Shown one piece after another: positions 14,480-27,040 of a DNA stretch of 64,000 nt; positions within the stretch are counted from its first letter, which is position 1; each line of letters starts with the position of its first letter. This DNA comes from Psammoneis japonica. Its lineage: Eukaryota. The DNA is taken from contig QPGO01000042.1 of assembly GCA_008632985.1 (NCBI GenBank), positions 310,001-374,000 of the forward strand, written 5' to 3'. The notes under the pieces were generated by a model. The model saw only the letters and a program-made list of their open reading frames with translations, made no database searches and had not been told where the DNA came from. A program made the position numbers and the translations under genes.

Positions 14480-17400
14480 AAAGTGCCTTTCTTGTTGTCA
14501 CTCTCTAGATGGAACTGCGTAAACTCAGTTGTCTCTGCAGTCAAAGTTGCCAACAACCAGAGTGGCTCTTTCTGCTGCTCACATGCACGGCCTGCTTTTC
14601 TGGGGCATCTGGGCATTCCTGCTGCACATCAGAAAGGCTGTTCAGGCTGCCAAGGTGAGCCAACTTGCAATGCTCCATGTTGCGATGGCATCGCTGACAA
14701 AAACAAAATGGCCAGCAGCACAACTGTGGCCTGCCCCTGTCATTGATCCCACACAAACCATGGCCCATGAATGGTTGTCTGCATTTCTGTCATGAGCTGG
14801 ACAAGGGCATGCTTTGGAGGGAACACCAGCAATGGCGGGGGCACCGGAGCAGCTCCACTGACAACTCCAAGGTGAGATTTTGGATCAGAGTCGTCGTCCG
14901 TCACCAGCTTGAGGTTGTGAGCTTCCAACAGTTTGCAAAAGTTTTGTTTGGTCAGAGACATGCTGAGTCACAATGCAGCATTGTGGCAATTGAGGCTCAA
15001 TTGTTTGGAGGCTGGCAATGCACCCTCTTTTGGTCCAGCAAAGCATCCTTTGGGCATGGCAAGGAGAGTCATGCCTTGCAGAAGCACTTGTCTTTGCACT
15101 TGTCAGCATCTGGTTTGCTGCAGCTGATCAGGAATGACTGAAGAATCTTGTGTTGATTCTGTGCGTTTTCCACTGAGACTGTGCTGGACACCAACAACAA
15201 TTCCAAAAACGATTGATGCACCTTGAGGGAATTAAAACACTGTTGGCATGACTTCTCTTTGGCAAAAGTGACAAAGAACAATGATGTGATGATGATGCAA
15301 TGTTCAGCTGATCAAGAATGGACAAGACACAGTGCACGGTCGGGCAAGACATCAATGCTCTTGTCCATGTTGACTGTCTCTTGAAGCCAGTTGCCACACT
15401 CTTTCTCCAAAGCGTCAACAGCACTCTGCTCAATGACAACAACATTGTTGGTCAGCATTGACTGCAGAAGCTGTTGCAGGATGTTGCGTGCACCTTTTGC
15501 AAGTGACTCCACAGCAGGAGGTGTGCAGCGACTCTTGTTTGCCCCCTGCAACTTCATCATGACATTTCCAATGACCTTTTTGTTTTCATTTGTTGTGGGC
15601 TTGGTCAACAGTGTCTTCAACTTGGCAAGCACTTTTTGCAGTTGGAGCTCGCGTGGACTCATCTTGATGGAGTTTTCAAAACCGCCACAATGGTCTTCTC
15701 CACCAGACTCCATGGCACGATTGTTCATGATGAAGCCTCCTTTGGGTGGCAATGGCAAGAGCACATGCCAAAGAAACTTGGACGTCTTTGACATTTCTTG
15801 CAGTCGCAATGGAAGGGCAGGCCAAGCAAGCTGAAAGAACATCCCACTTGGTGGAATGGGCACATCAACCATGAGTGCCTTGGCATCATTGTCAATGGGA
15901 ACTGGCACGAGGGTGTCCAGTGCTTTCAAGGATGGGAAAGCAACAAGCCTCTGACAGGACCCCACTTGCTTTTGAACAGTGGCAATGCTGCTGCTTCTGC
16001 CACCTGCATCATGATGAGATCATCAATCTCCTGTTGATGATCTGGATGCATGACAAGACCATCCAGTTCCAGAGCTTTGATTTCGGCAAGCAGCTGCTGT
16101 GGAAGGATCTCGTAAATCCATTTTTGATCTAAAAGTTGTGCAGCAAATCAAATGTCTGTTTGTTGTTTGACACACTTGCGGCAATTGAATGATGCTCCAA
16201 TCTTGATTTTTCCATCGGCTCAGACAATGATGCAGATGCCCATCTCATCATCTTCCAAGGTGACTGGTTGCCGCCATTCCTCATGAAGTTTTTCCATGTT
16301 GTTCTTGCATTCTTGTCAGAGGTGTTGTGTCAAGCATTGTTTGAGTTGCGCCCGTGGCAATGCACGCCACAAGTCGAAGCTGTTTGGACAAATCTTGAAC
16401 TGCATCGCTCAGCTTCTTGCAGGTCTTGGGAGTTGCAAGATGGCATTTCTTTCCTTCCCATTCAATCCTTGGTTTCTTCTTTGCCATCTTGGAGTTGGCA
16501 ATTGTGGCAACAGTGTGCGTTGATGGAACGTGCAGCACGGAGCAAGTGACAGTCATCAGAAACTTGGTGTGTGGAGTCATGATGACCCGCCGCAAAAGAT
16601 CAATGAGTTGATTCATTCTGCAGAAAGTGGGCAGAAGCATGGCACGGTTGCAAGCAACATTCTGTGAGAAGTCAAGGTGCAATGACTGCAGCATTGTTGG
16701 CATGCAAGTTGAGACAATCTGATTGCTGTGGCGGGCACCAACATGCACAGGCAAATGGCAACAGCACCAGTGACAATGGAGACAACAGAAAGAAGCATGA
16801 TGATGTTGATTTTGCATGGCAGCAAGCACGTGATGGAAAGCATGTGTCAACTGAAATCGACATGTGTGCCAAACCAAAAATGCAACAACAACGGCAAGCA
16901 AAGATGCTGCAACCATGCGATGTGTGTTGCGACACATGTCAACAGCATGTCTCTTGAGTGGCAAATGAACGAGCATCATTGTTGATGCTTTGCGTTCCTC
17001 CCCTTGTTGTTGATTGTGGTGAGTGTGTGAAAAAAAAGCCAGAATGGAGACTGCGCTGAGGTGCGTGAGACGCAGATTTCTGCATGACCATGCCAAAAAA
17101 CTTTTCCTGCCAAACAAGTGTGACGCCAGCATGAGGCAATGGCTGTGCTTCCAACCCAACAACTGCATGCCAACAACATGCCAAAGCAAAGTTCATGACA
17201 ACTTGATGGGCTCCAGCCCCAGGTGGGACTTTTTGTGACATTGGGCCCCAAGAATTCTGCGCACAAGCTCCACAGTGAAATTGTCAAGCAATGGACATGT
17301 CAATGATTGCCAACAGAAAAAGAGGCAATTTTGCAATTGCATCTCCTCCTCCACACTTGAGGCACATTCTTTGCAGCATGTCTGGGCACATTCTTCAGAC

Positions 17401-17760
17401 ATTGAAGAACACACCCAGCATGATTTCATTGTCACAAATGTGGGTGACAGAAAGCCTTTGGCTTCGCAAAACAGGCAGTGTGGAACAATTTTTTATGACA
17501 GAACACATGGAAATGTGCATGTGAAACACATGATGGATGACAAAAAATGGTCATGTCACAGTTCAGCAGTGCGAGGTCCCACCCAGAGCTGGAACGCATC
17601 ACTTTCAGGGTCACAAGCAGAGAGTCGCATTGGCTGCAGACACAAGAGCAGCCACTCTTCTTTGCACACCATTTGTGTGACAGTTGAGCTCAGATGTCAA
17701 ATGGCCAGCTTTGTCATCAAAAGGCAAGCTTGCTTTCACTTCATCTCCACCTCAAGAGAA
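14480..17760 (-). mobile_element. Unclassified dispersed repeat, copy A (more decayed homolog of 45270-48749)
   Basis: Colinear homology with ~45300-48070 over ~2.6 kb; ends in tcatctccacctcaagagaa. Confidence 0.75.
17205..17600. mobile_element. 396-bp MITE, ~25-bp imperfect TIRs, 4-bp TSD ACTT
   Basis: Left end gatgggctccagccccaggtgggac, right end gtcccacccagagctggaacgcatc; ACTT on both sides; empty site in the paralog at ~40605-40625. Confidence 0.85.
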
Positions 17761-17761
17761 A

Positions 17762-20700
17762 CATTTTGCACCCTTTGTGACTTTGAGCCCTTGGCCATTT
17801 TGCACCCTTTGTGCTTTTGAGCTCTTGGCCATTTTGTGCCATTTGTGATTTTGCACCCTTTGCTGCCATTTTGCGCCCTTTGTGATTTTGCGCCCTTGGC
17901 CATTTTGCACCCTTTGTGCTTTTGAGCTCTTGGCCATTTTGCGCCATTTGTGATTTTGCACCCTTTGCTGCCATTTTGCACCCTTTGTGATTTTGAGCCC
18001 TTGGCCATTTTGCACCCTTTGTGATTTTGAGCTCTTGGCCATTTGGCGCCCTTTGTGATTTTGCACCCTTTGCTGCCATTTTGCACCCTTGGCCATTTTG
18101 TGCCCTTTGAAGCACTGAGCACTTGGCCATTTTGTGCCCTTTGTGGCATTGAGCCCTTGGCCATTTTGCACCCTTTGCCACCATTTTGCACCCTTTGTGA
18201 TTTTGCCCCCTTGTCCATTTTGCACCCTTTGCCGCCATTTTGCACCCTTTGTGAGGTTAAGCCCTTTGTGATTTTGAGCCCTTTGGCCATTTTTCCACCC
18301 TTTGTGGTTTTGCACCCTTTGCCGCCATTTTGGCCCTTTGTGATTTTGAGCCCTTGGCCATCTTGCGCCCTTGGTCATTTTGCACCCTTTGTGACTTTGC
18401 GCCATTTGCGACTGTGCACCCTTGGCCATTTTGTGCCCTTGGCCATTTTGCACCCTTTGTGATTTTGCGCCCTTTGTGATTTTGCGCCCTTGTCCATTTT
18501 GCACCATTTGTGATTTTGTGCCCTTGTCCATTTTGCACCCTTTGCTGCCATTTTGCACCCTTGGAAATTTTGTGCCCTTTGAAGCACTGAGCACTTGGCC
18601 ATTTTGCACCATTTGTGGCATTGCGCCCTTGGCCATTTCACGCCCTTTGTGAGTTTGCACCCTTTGCCGCCATTTTGTGCCCTCTGTGATTTTGAGCCCT
18701 TGGCTGTCTTGCACCCTTGGTCATTTTGCACCCATTGTTGTTTTGCGCCATTTGTGATTTTGCGCCCTTGGCCATTTTGTGCCCTTTGTGATTTTGCGCC
18801 CTTTGCCAACATTTTGTGCCCTTTGTGATTTTGCGCCCTTTGTGATTTTGCACCCTTTGCCACCATTTTGCACCCTTTGTGAAAATGGCCAAGGGCTCAG
18901 TGCCACAAAGGGCAAAAAATGGCCAAATGCTCAATGCTTCAAAGGGCACAAAATGGCCAAGGGTGCAAAATGGCAGAAAAGGGTGCAAAATCACAAAGGG
19001 CGCAAAATTGAAAAGGGCGCAAAATCGCCAAGAGCTCAAAATCCCAAAGGGTGCAAAATGGCCAAGGGCTCAAAATCCCAAAGGGTGCAAAATGGCGGCA
19101 AAGGGTGCAAAATCACAAAGGGCACAAAATCACAAAGGGTGCAAAACAGCGGCAAAGGGCACAAAATCACAAAGGGCACAAAATGACCAAGGGCTTGAGA
19201 TGGCCAAGGGTGCAAAATCACAAAGGGTGCAAAGTGGCAGCAAAGGGTGCAAAATCACAAAGGGNNNNNNNNNNNNNNNNNNNNNNNNNNNNNNNNNNNN
19301 NNNNNNNNNNNNNNNNNNNNNNNNNNNNNGCGCAAAATCACAAAGGGCGCAAAATCACAAAGGGTGCAAAATCACAAAGGGTGCAAAATGATGGCACAGG
19401 GCACAAAATCACAAAAGGTGCAAAATCACAAAGGGCTCAAAATCACAAAGGGTGCAAAATGACGGCAAAGGGTGCATGATGACCAAGGGCTCAAAATCAC
19501 AAAGGGTGCAAAATGGCGGCAAAGGGTGCAAAATCACAAAGGGCGCAAAATGCTTGCCAAAGGCACAAAATCACAAAGGGCTCAAAATCACAAAGGGCGC
19601 AAAATTGTGGCAAAGGGTGCAAAATCACAAATGGCGCAAAATGGACAAGGGCGCAAAATCACAAAGCATGCAAAATGGCCAAGGGCACAAAATCACAAAG
19701 GGCTCAAAATCAAAAAGGGCGCAAAATGGCGACAAAGGGTGCAAAATCACAAAGGGTGCAAAATGGCCAAAGGTGCAAAATCACAAAGGGTGCAAAATGG
19801 CAGCAAAGGGTGCATTGTGGCCAAGGGCGCAAAATCACAAAGGGTGCAAAATGGCGGCAAAGGGTGCAAAATCACAGAGGGTGCAAAGTGGCAAAGGGCA
19901 CAAAATCACAAAAGGCGCAAAATGGCAAAGGGCGCAAAATGGCCAAGGGTGCAAAATGGCCAAGGGTGCAAAATCACAAAAGGGCGCAAAATGGCGGCAA
20001 AGGGTGCAAAATCACAAAGGGCACAAAATGGCCAAAGGTGCAAAATCACAAAGGGCTCAAAATCACAAAGGGTGCAAAATGGCGGCAAAGGGTGCAAAAT
20101 CACAAAGGGCGCAAAATGGCCAAGGGCTCAATGAAACAAAGGGCGCAAAATGGCCAAGTGCTCAATGCTTCAAAGGGCGCAAAATGGCCAAGGATGCAAA
20201 ACTGCAGCAAAGGGTGCAAAATCACAAAGGGTGCAAAATCACAAAGGGCGCAAAATGACCAAGGGCTTGAGATGGCCAAGGGCACAAAATCACAAAGGGC
20301 GCAAAATGGCAGCAAAGGGTGCAAAATCACAAAGGGTGCAAAATGCTTGCCAAAGGTGCAAAATCACAAAGGGCTCAAAATCACAAAGGGTGCAAAATGG
20401 CAGCAAAGGGTGCAAAATCACAAAGGGCACAAAATGGCCAAGGGCGCAAAATCACAAAGAGTGCAAAATGACCAATGGCTTGAGATGGCCAAGGGCGCAA
20501 AATCACAAAGGGTGCAAAATGGCGGCAAAGGGTGCAAAATCACAAAGGGTGCAAAATGGCCAAGGGCGCAAAATCACAAAGGGCACAAAATGACCAAGGG
20601 CACAAAATGGCCAAGGGCACAAAATCACAAAAGGGTGCAAAATGGCGTCAAAGGGTGCAAAACCACAAAGGGTGCAAAATGGCGGCAAAGGGTGAAAGTC

Positions 20701-23700
20701 ACCAAGGGCGCAAAATGGCCAAGGGCACAAAATCACAAATCACAAAGGGCACAAAATGACCAAGGGCTTGAGATGGCCAAGGGCGCGAAATCACAAAGGG
20801 CGCAAAATGGACAAGGGCGCAAAATGGCCAAGGGCGCAAAATCACAAAGGGCGCAAAATGACCAAGGGTGCAAAAACACAAAGGGTGCAATGTTGGCAAA
20901 GGGTGCAAAATCACAAAGGGCACAAAATCACAAAGGGCGCAAAATCACAAAGGGCGCAAAATCACAAAGGGCGCAAAATCACAAAGGGTGCAAAATGATG
21001 GCACAGGGCACAAAATCACAAAAGGTGCAAAATCACAAAGGGCTCAAAATCACAAAGGGTGCAAAATGACGGCAAAGGGTGCATGATGACCAAGGGCTCA
21101 AAATCACAAAGGGTGCAAAATGGCGGCAAAGGGTGCAAAATCACAAAGGGCGCAAAATGCTTGCCAAAGGCACAAAATCACAAAGGGCTCAAAATCACAA
21201 AGGGCGCAAAATGGTGGCAAAGGGTGCAAAATCACATGGGGTGCAAAATGGACAAAGGCGCAAAATCACAAAGCATGCAAAATGGCCAAGGGCGCAAAAT
21301 CACAAAGGGCTCAAAATCAAAAAGGGTGCAAAATGGCGGCAAAGGGTGCAAAATCACAAAGGGTGCAAAATGGCCAAAGGTGCAAAATCACAAAGGGCTC
21401 AAAATTACAAAGGGTGCAAAATGGCAGCAAAGGGTGCATTGTGGCCAAGGGCGCAAAATCACAAAGGGTGCAAAATGGCGGCAAAGGGTGCAAAATCACA
21501 GAGGGTGCAAAGTGGCAAAGGGCACAAAATCACAAAAGGCGCAAAATGGCAAAGGGCGCAAATGGCCAAGGGCGCAAAATGGCCAAAGGTGCAAAATCAC
21601 AAAGGGCGCAAAATGGCGGCAAAGGGTGCAAAACCACAAAGGGCGCAAAATCACAAACGGTGCAAGACAGCCAAGGGTGCAAAATCTCAAAGGGCGCAAA
21701 ATGGCAGCAAAAGGTGCATGATGGCCAAGGGCGCAAAATCACAAAGGGTGCAAAATGGCGGCAAAGGGTGCAAAATCACAAAGGGTGCAAAATGCTGGCC
21801 AAAGGTGCAAAATCACAAAGGGCTCAAAATCACAAAGGGTGCAAAATGGTGGCAAAGGGTGCAAAAACACAAAGGGCACAAAATCACAAAGGGCTCAAAA
21901 TCACAAAGGGCTCAAAATCACAAAGGGTGCAAAATGGCAGCAAAGGGTGCAAAATGGCAGCAAAGGGTGCAAAATGGCGGCAAAGGGTGCAAAATCACAA
22001 AGGGCACAAAATGACCAAGGGCGCAAGACAGCCAAGGGTGCAAAATCACAAAGGGTGCAAAATGGCGGCAAAGGGTGCAAAATCACAAAGGGCGCAAAAT
22101 GGCCAAAGGCGCAAAATCACAAATGGCTCAAAATCACAAAGGGTGCAAAATGGCGGCAAAGGGTGCAAAGTCACAAGGGGCGCAAAATGGACAAGGGTGC
22201 AAAATCACAAAGCGTGCAAAATGGCCAAGGGCACAAAATCACAAAGGGCGCAAAATCAAAAAGGGCGCAAAATGGTGGCAAAGTGTGCAAAATCACAAAG
22301 GGCACAAAATGGCCAAGGACTCAATGAAACAAAGGGCGCAAAATGGCCAAGTGCTCAATGCCTCAAAGGGCACAAAATGGCCAAGGGTGCAAAATGGCAG
22401 CAAAGGGTGCAAAATCACAAAGGGCGCAAAATGACCAAGGGCATGAGATGGCCAAGAGTGCAAAATCACAAAGGGCACAAAATGGCGGCAAAGGGTGCAA
22501 AATCACAAAGGGCGCAAAATGGCCAAGAGCTCAAAATCACAAATGGCACAAAATCACAAAGGGCGCAAAATGACCAAGGGCTTGAGATGGCCAAGGGCGC
22601 AAAATCACAAAGGGTGCAAAATGTCGGCAAAGGGTGCAAAATCACAAAGGGTGCAAAATGTCGGCAAAGGGTGCAAAATGACCAAGGGCACAAGACAGCC
22701 AAGGGCTCAAAATCACAAGAGGCGCAAAATGGCGGCAAAGGGTGCAAAATCACAAATGGCACAAAATGGCCAAAGGCGCAAAATCACAAATGGTTCAAAA
22801 TCACAAAGGGCGCAAATTGGAGGCAAAGGGTGCAAAATCACAAAGGGCACAAAATGGACAAGGGCGCAAAACCACAAAGCATGCAAAATGGCCAAGGGCT
22901 CAAAATCACAAAGGGCGCAAAATCAAAAAGGGTGCAAAATGGCGGCAAAGAGTGCAAAATCACAAAGGGCACAAAATGGCCAAGGGCTCAATGAAACAAA
23001 AGGCGCAAAATGGTCAAGTGCTCAATGCTTCGAAGGGCACAAAATGGCCAAGGGTGCAAAATGGCAGCAAAGGGTGCAAAATCACGAAGGGCGCAAAATC
23101 ACAAAGGGCATGAAATGACCAAGGGCTTGAGATGGCCAAGGGCACAAAATCACAAAGGGCGCAAAATGGCGGCAAAGGGCGCAAAATCACAAAGGGTGCA
23201 AAATGGTGGCAAAGGGTGCAAAATGGCCAAGGGCTCAAAATCACAAAAGGCACAAAATGGCAGCAAAGGGTGCAAAATCACAAAGGGCGCAAAATCACAA
23301 ATGGCACAAAATCACAAAGGGCGCAAAATGGCCAAAGGCTTGAGATGGCCAAGGGCGCAAAATCACAAAGGGTGCAAAATGGCGGCAAAGGGTGCAAAAT
23401 CACAATGGGCGCAAAGTGGCCAAGAGCTCAAAATCACAAAGGGCGCAAAATGGCCAAGGGCTCAAAATCACAAGGGCGCAAAATCACAAAGGGTGCAAAA
23501 TCACAAAAGGCGCAAAAAATCACAAAGGGCGCAAAATGACCAAGGGCTTGAGATGGCCAAGGGCGCAAAATCACAAAGGGTGCAAAATGGCGGCAAAGGG
23601 TGCAAAATGGCCAAAGGCACAAAATCACAAAGGGCTGAAAATCACAAAGGGTGCAAAATGGTGGCAAAGGGTGCAAAATTACAAAGGGTGCAAAATGGCC

Positions 23701-24062
23701 AAGGGCACAAAATCACAAAGGGCGCAAAATGACCAAGGGCACAAGACAGCCAAGGGCTCAAAATCACAAAGGGCACAAAATGGCGGCAAAGGGTGCAAAA
23801 TCACAAAGGGTGCAAAATGGCCAAAGGCACAAGATCACAAAGGGCTCAATGTCACAAAGGTTGCAAAATGGCAGCAAAGGGTGCAAAATCACAAAGGGTG
23901 CAAAATGGCCAAGGGCGCAAAATCACAAAGCGTGCAAAATCACAAAATCAACAAGAGCTCAAATTCACAAAGGGCGCAAAATGCCAAAGGGCTCAAAATC
24001 TCAAAGGGCGCAAAATGGCGTCAAAGGGTGCAAAATCACAAAGGGCACAAAATGGCCAAGGG
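17762..24062. repeat. 17/20-bp satellite array with polarity switch at ~18880 and an N gap at 19265-19329
   Basis: Units TCACAAAGGGTGCAAAA and TGGCCAAGGGTGCAAAA (17 bp) and TGGCGGCAAAGGGTGCAAAA (20 bp); reverse orientation over 17762-18880. Confidence 0.95.
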
Positions 24063-26398
24063 CAACTTGGCTTGGTTGGCCATGCGGAATGGCTTCTTCT
24101 GACGAAGTGCCATCTTGCAAAAACATCTCCATCCTTTGGTCTCTAGAAGGCCTTGCTCACGCGCGCAGGCGGCACAGGTGACGGGGTCATCCTTGGCAAT
24201 GATGGCAAGGGGTTTGGATGTGATCTTCCCACTCTCCCATTCAAGCATGACGTTGCAGCTTGAGCCTTTCCATGAGGGATCATGGGGTCGCAATGGTCCT
24301 TCGTGCAATGTGATGCGTCAGAACTTCCAGAGAGTGGTGCCCTCATCTTCTTGCTCAATGTGGTGCATGGTGCAATTGCAGGCCAGGACTTCCTTGCATT
24401 TGTCATTGTCAATGGAGCAAATGAACTTGACCAGTTCAGGGTTGCCTCCAATTTTCCAGTCGTGGTCCTCAACGGCTTTGATGATGCGGGCTCTGTGGTG
24501 TTGTCCATCCTCTTGTGGCTTCATGAGGAAGGTGTGTCCTGTGATGCCCTCGGGGTCAAAGACCGGCATTTTGGGCATCCTGATCGCCTCCCCATCTGGT
24601 GAATCTGGTGAATCCTCAGAGTCATGGCGGGATTTAATGACAGGGTCAGCAGATTTCTTGTCAGGAGGATCAAGATGCAGGTTTGGAGCGGACGGATCAC
24701 GGGCGGAGCGCACGTTGGAATGGCAGAGAATCTTCTGAGTGTCGTCAGAAAGAATCTTGAACATCATTTGGTGACCAACATGTTCGGTGATGCCAACGAA
24801 GCGACCGCGCAATTCACAAGATTCGGGCAGCCAGTCGGAGTCATCCAGGTGGCAGTGCGCGGGTTCCCACCATTGAAAGCGGAGGAGCAGGCTAATGTCG
24901 GGAGCAGAGCCGGACAGCACCTTGGCGGGGGTGTGCCAGTGGAGCTTGGCGGACGCCGTGTGGTTGAGCACAAAACACACGTGCATCAGGGCAAGCAGCC
25001 AGGTGTGAGCCGGGGTCCCAAAGCAATCCATGACAGTGTTGGCCATGGTCTTCACAGTTTGGCAGCTGTGTTCAGCAAAATTCTGATGCTGGTGGCGAGG
25101 CTCGCTTTGCCAACTGGAGATGAAGAGGGCATGAAGGATGCCAAGAACCTTGTTGCTGATCTCAACCTGAGCACGGTTGCTGATGAGCTTGGACGGGGCA
25201 CCGCGGTTGCGAATGTTGTCTTTGAGGGTGTTGACAAATTCTTTGTCAGTTTTGGTGCCGTGCACATCAGTGACGAGAGATTCCGTGCCAACAAAGAGCT
25301 GGGCGCTGTTGCAGCCAGAGTCAATGGCAGGGGTGTCGGAGCAGACCGTGTCGGTGGCAACAGGTTCATTGTGTCAGTGGACATTGAGAGCCAGGTTGGG
25401 CGATTTGCGTGCCTTTTTCAGGTGCGTGCTGGCTGGCATGCGGGCATGCTGCATCGTGCAATCGAAAGTGCGGCAAACAGTGTCCTTCAGGAGAAAGCCA
25501 AAGCAGGGGTGGAGGGACTCAAAATCAGGATCCTTGGGATTGAGTTTGCGCTCATGGCATTCACAGAAGAAATCAGATGTTGGGAGCAGGTGATCATCAA
25601 GGACGGAGTCTGCAAGCATGGCGTTGTTGACGACATGGCGGTGACGACAGTCACCAAACTCATCAAAGATGTTGGCAGTCGGGTCGTCTTGGAGGTCAGA
25701 CATGGCATCATGCCATGTCTCATTGTCCGTGAACTGGTGTTCAAGGACAGATGGATCCCATGTGTCATCGCCAGCGAGAATGACATGCCACAGAGTGTCC
25801 CATTCAGTGTCGGTGTGCGGGCGTGTGGCGATGTGTGGGAGGCCGGCTTTAATGTCGATGGGAATGACACGTGTCCATCAATGGCGGTGATGTGCTGCAG
25901 ACCACTGGGGACCTTGATGGACCTGTCATTGACATCGTGCTTGCACCACTCGAGCTGGCCGCAAGAGTGTGTTGTCTTCCCTTTTCCAGTGCAGGCGCAC
26001 TGGTGAAGGATGGCAATGGCAGGGCCACGTTGCATGTGGATGACACCACCGGCAGCAACAATGGGGGTGTCGACCAGCTGGTGATCGTCAATGCCTTGGA
26101 CATCAACCTGGCGACCAGTGTGGGCAATGACACAAACATCGTCACTGGCGATGCCACCGTTTGCACCACGATCCACGAGAGCACCTTTGTGAGTTGACTT
26201 GTGGGTCAAGGCAGAGCAGACAACATTGTGGTTGTTGATGCGACGGCATTTGTGGCAGTTGATCTCAATGTCAGCGTCAATGGGCTTTGTGTCGGAGCGG
26301 GCAGAAGGTGCAGATCCGGGCGGTTTCTCGCCGGAATGGGCGGAAGGAGGCCGTTCAGGTGCCAGGAGACGTTGCAAGTTGCCGGGTGGCAATGGGGT
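24063..26398 (-). mobile_element. Copia (CoDi-like) element 2: protease-integrase part, truncated at the satellite
   Basis: ALVDRGANGG protease; integrase KEFVNTLKDNIRNRGAP..SEPRHQHQNFAE; HEGPL..NVMLEWESG..DDPVTCA; ends RMANQAKL at the satellite junction. Confidence 0.9.
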
Positions 26399-27040
26399 CA
26401 AGCAAATCTGGATGGAGGGCTGTGTTGCAATTGGTGGTTGGTTGAGACATGTGGATCGAGTGGTGCTGCAGCGACACGCTCACAATCTAATCAGGTTTGG
26501 GTTCGCATTGACGGTGTCACTGCTTTCTGTTTAGACTTGAGGTGTCGTGCTTGTTCTTTCGTTGCATCAAGATTTGTTCGCTTTGTCAGAGCCAAGACAA
26601 AAAAGACAGAGCAAAATGGTTTCGAATGCAACTCGTCATGGACGATTGTTTGTTGTGTTGTTTGCATGGAACGTGCAGCTGTAGAAATGGCACTGAACTG
26701 TGCGCGATGCATCAGAATTCGGATTGATGCGCACGATGATGCGTCTCGTGTCGCTTGTTGTGATGTCCACAAAAACAGCTTGCAATGGCAATGCTCGCAA
26801 AGATGGTCACTGTCCTCACATGTGCAACGGGTGTGAAGGGACTGCGGCATTGGGTGATGTGCCCGAGCGTGTGCTCAACAATGTCGGTTGACATGAATGA
26901 CACAGGACTGATCACCCTGACGTCGGGTGGCTGTGTGAACCCGTCATCACAACACAGAGAAAGTGTGGCCATCATGACCATGCAGACTCACAGCTGCATG
27001 TTCCCGGTGCGGGACCTTCACACCCTTTCTCTGTTGTGGG

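Noticed and set aside
17762..24062. CRISPR array
   Set aside because: Units are contiguous with no unique spacers, there are no cas genes, and the context is eukaryotic.
17762..24062. Telomeric repeat
   Set aside because: No TTAGGG arrays; the period is 17-20 bp and the array is interstitial.
17736..24181. Long K/G/Q-rich ORFs (up to 624 aa) in the satellite
   Set aside because: Open in several frames on both strands because the 17/20-bp units lack stop codons; not genes.
24624..26006. 460-aa plus-strand ORF (also 33230-34390)
   Set aside because: Antisense shadows of Copia element 2 pol and gag, kept open by stop-codon depletion.
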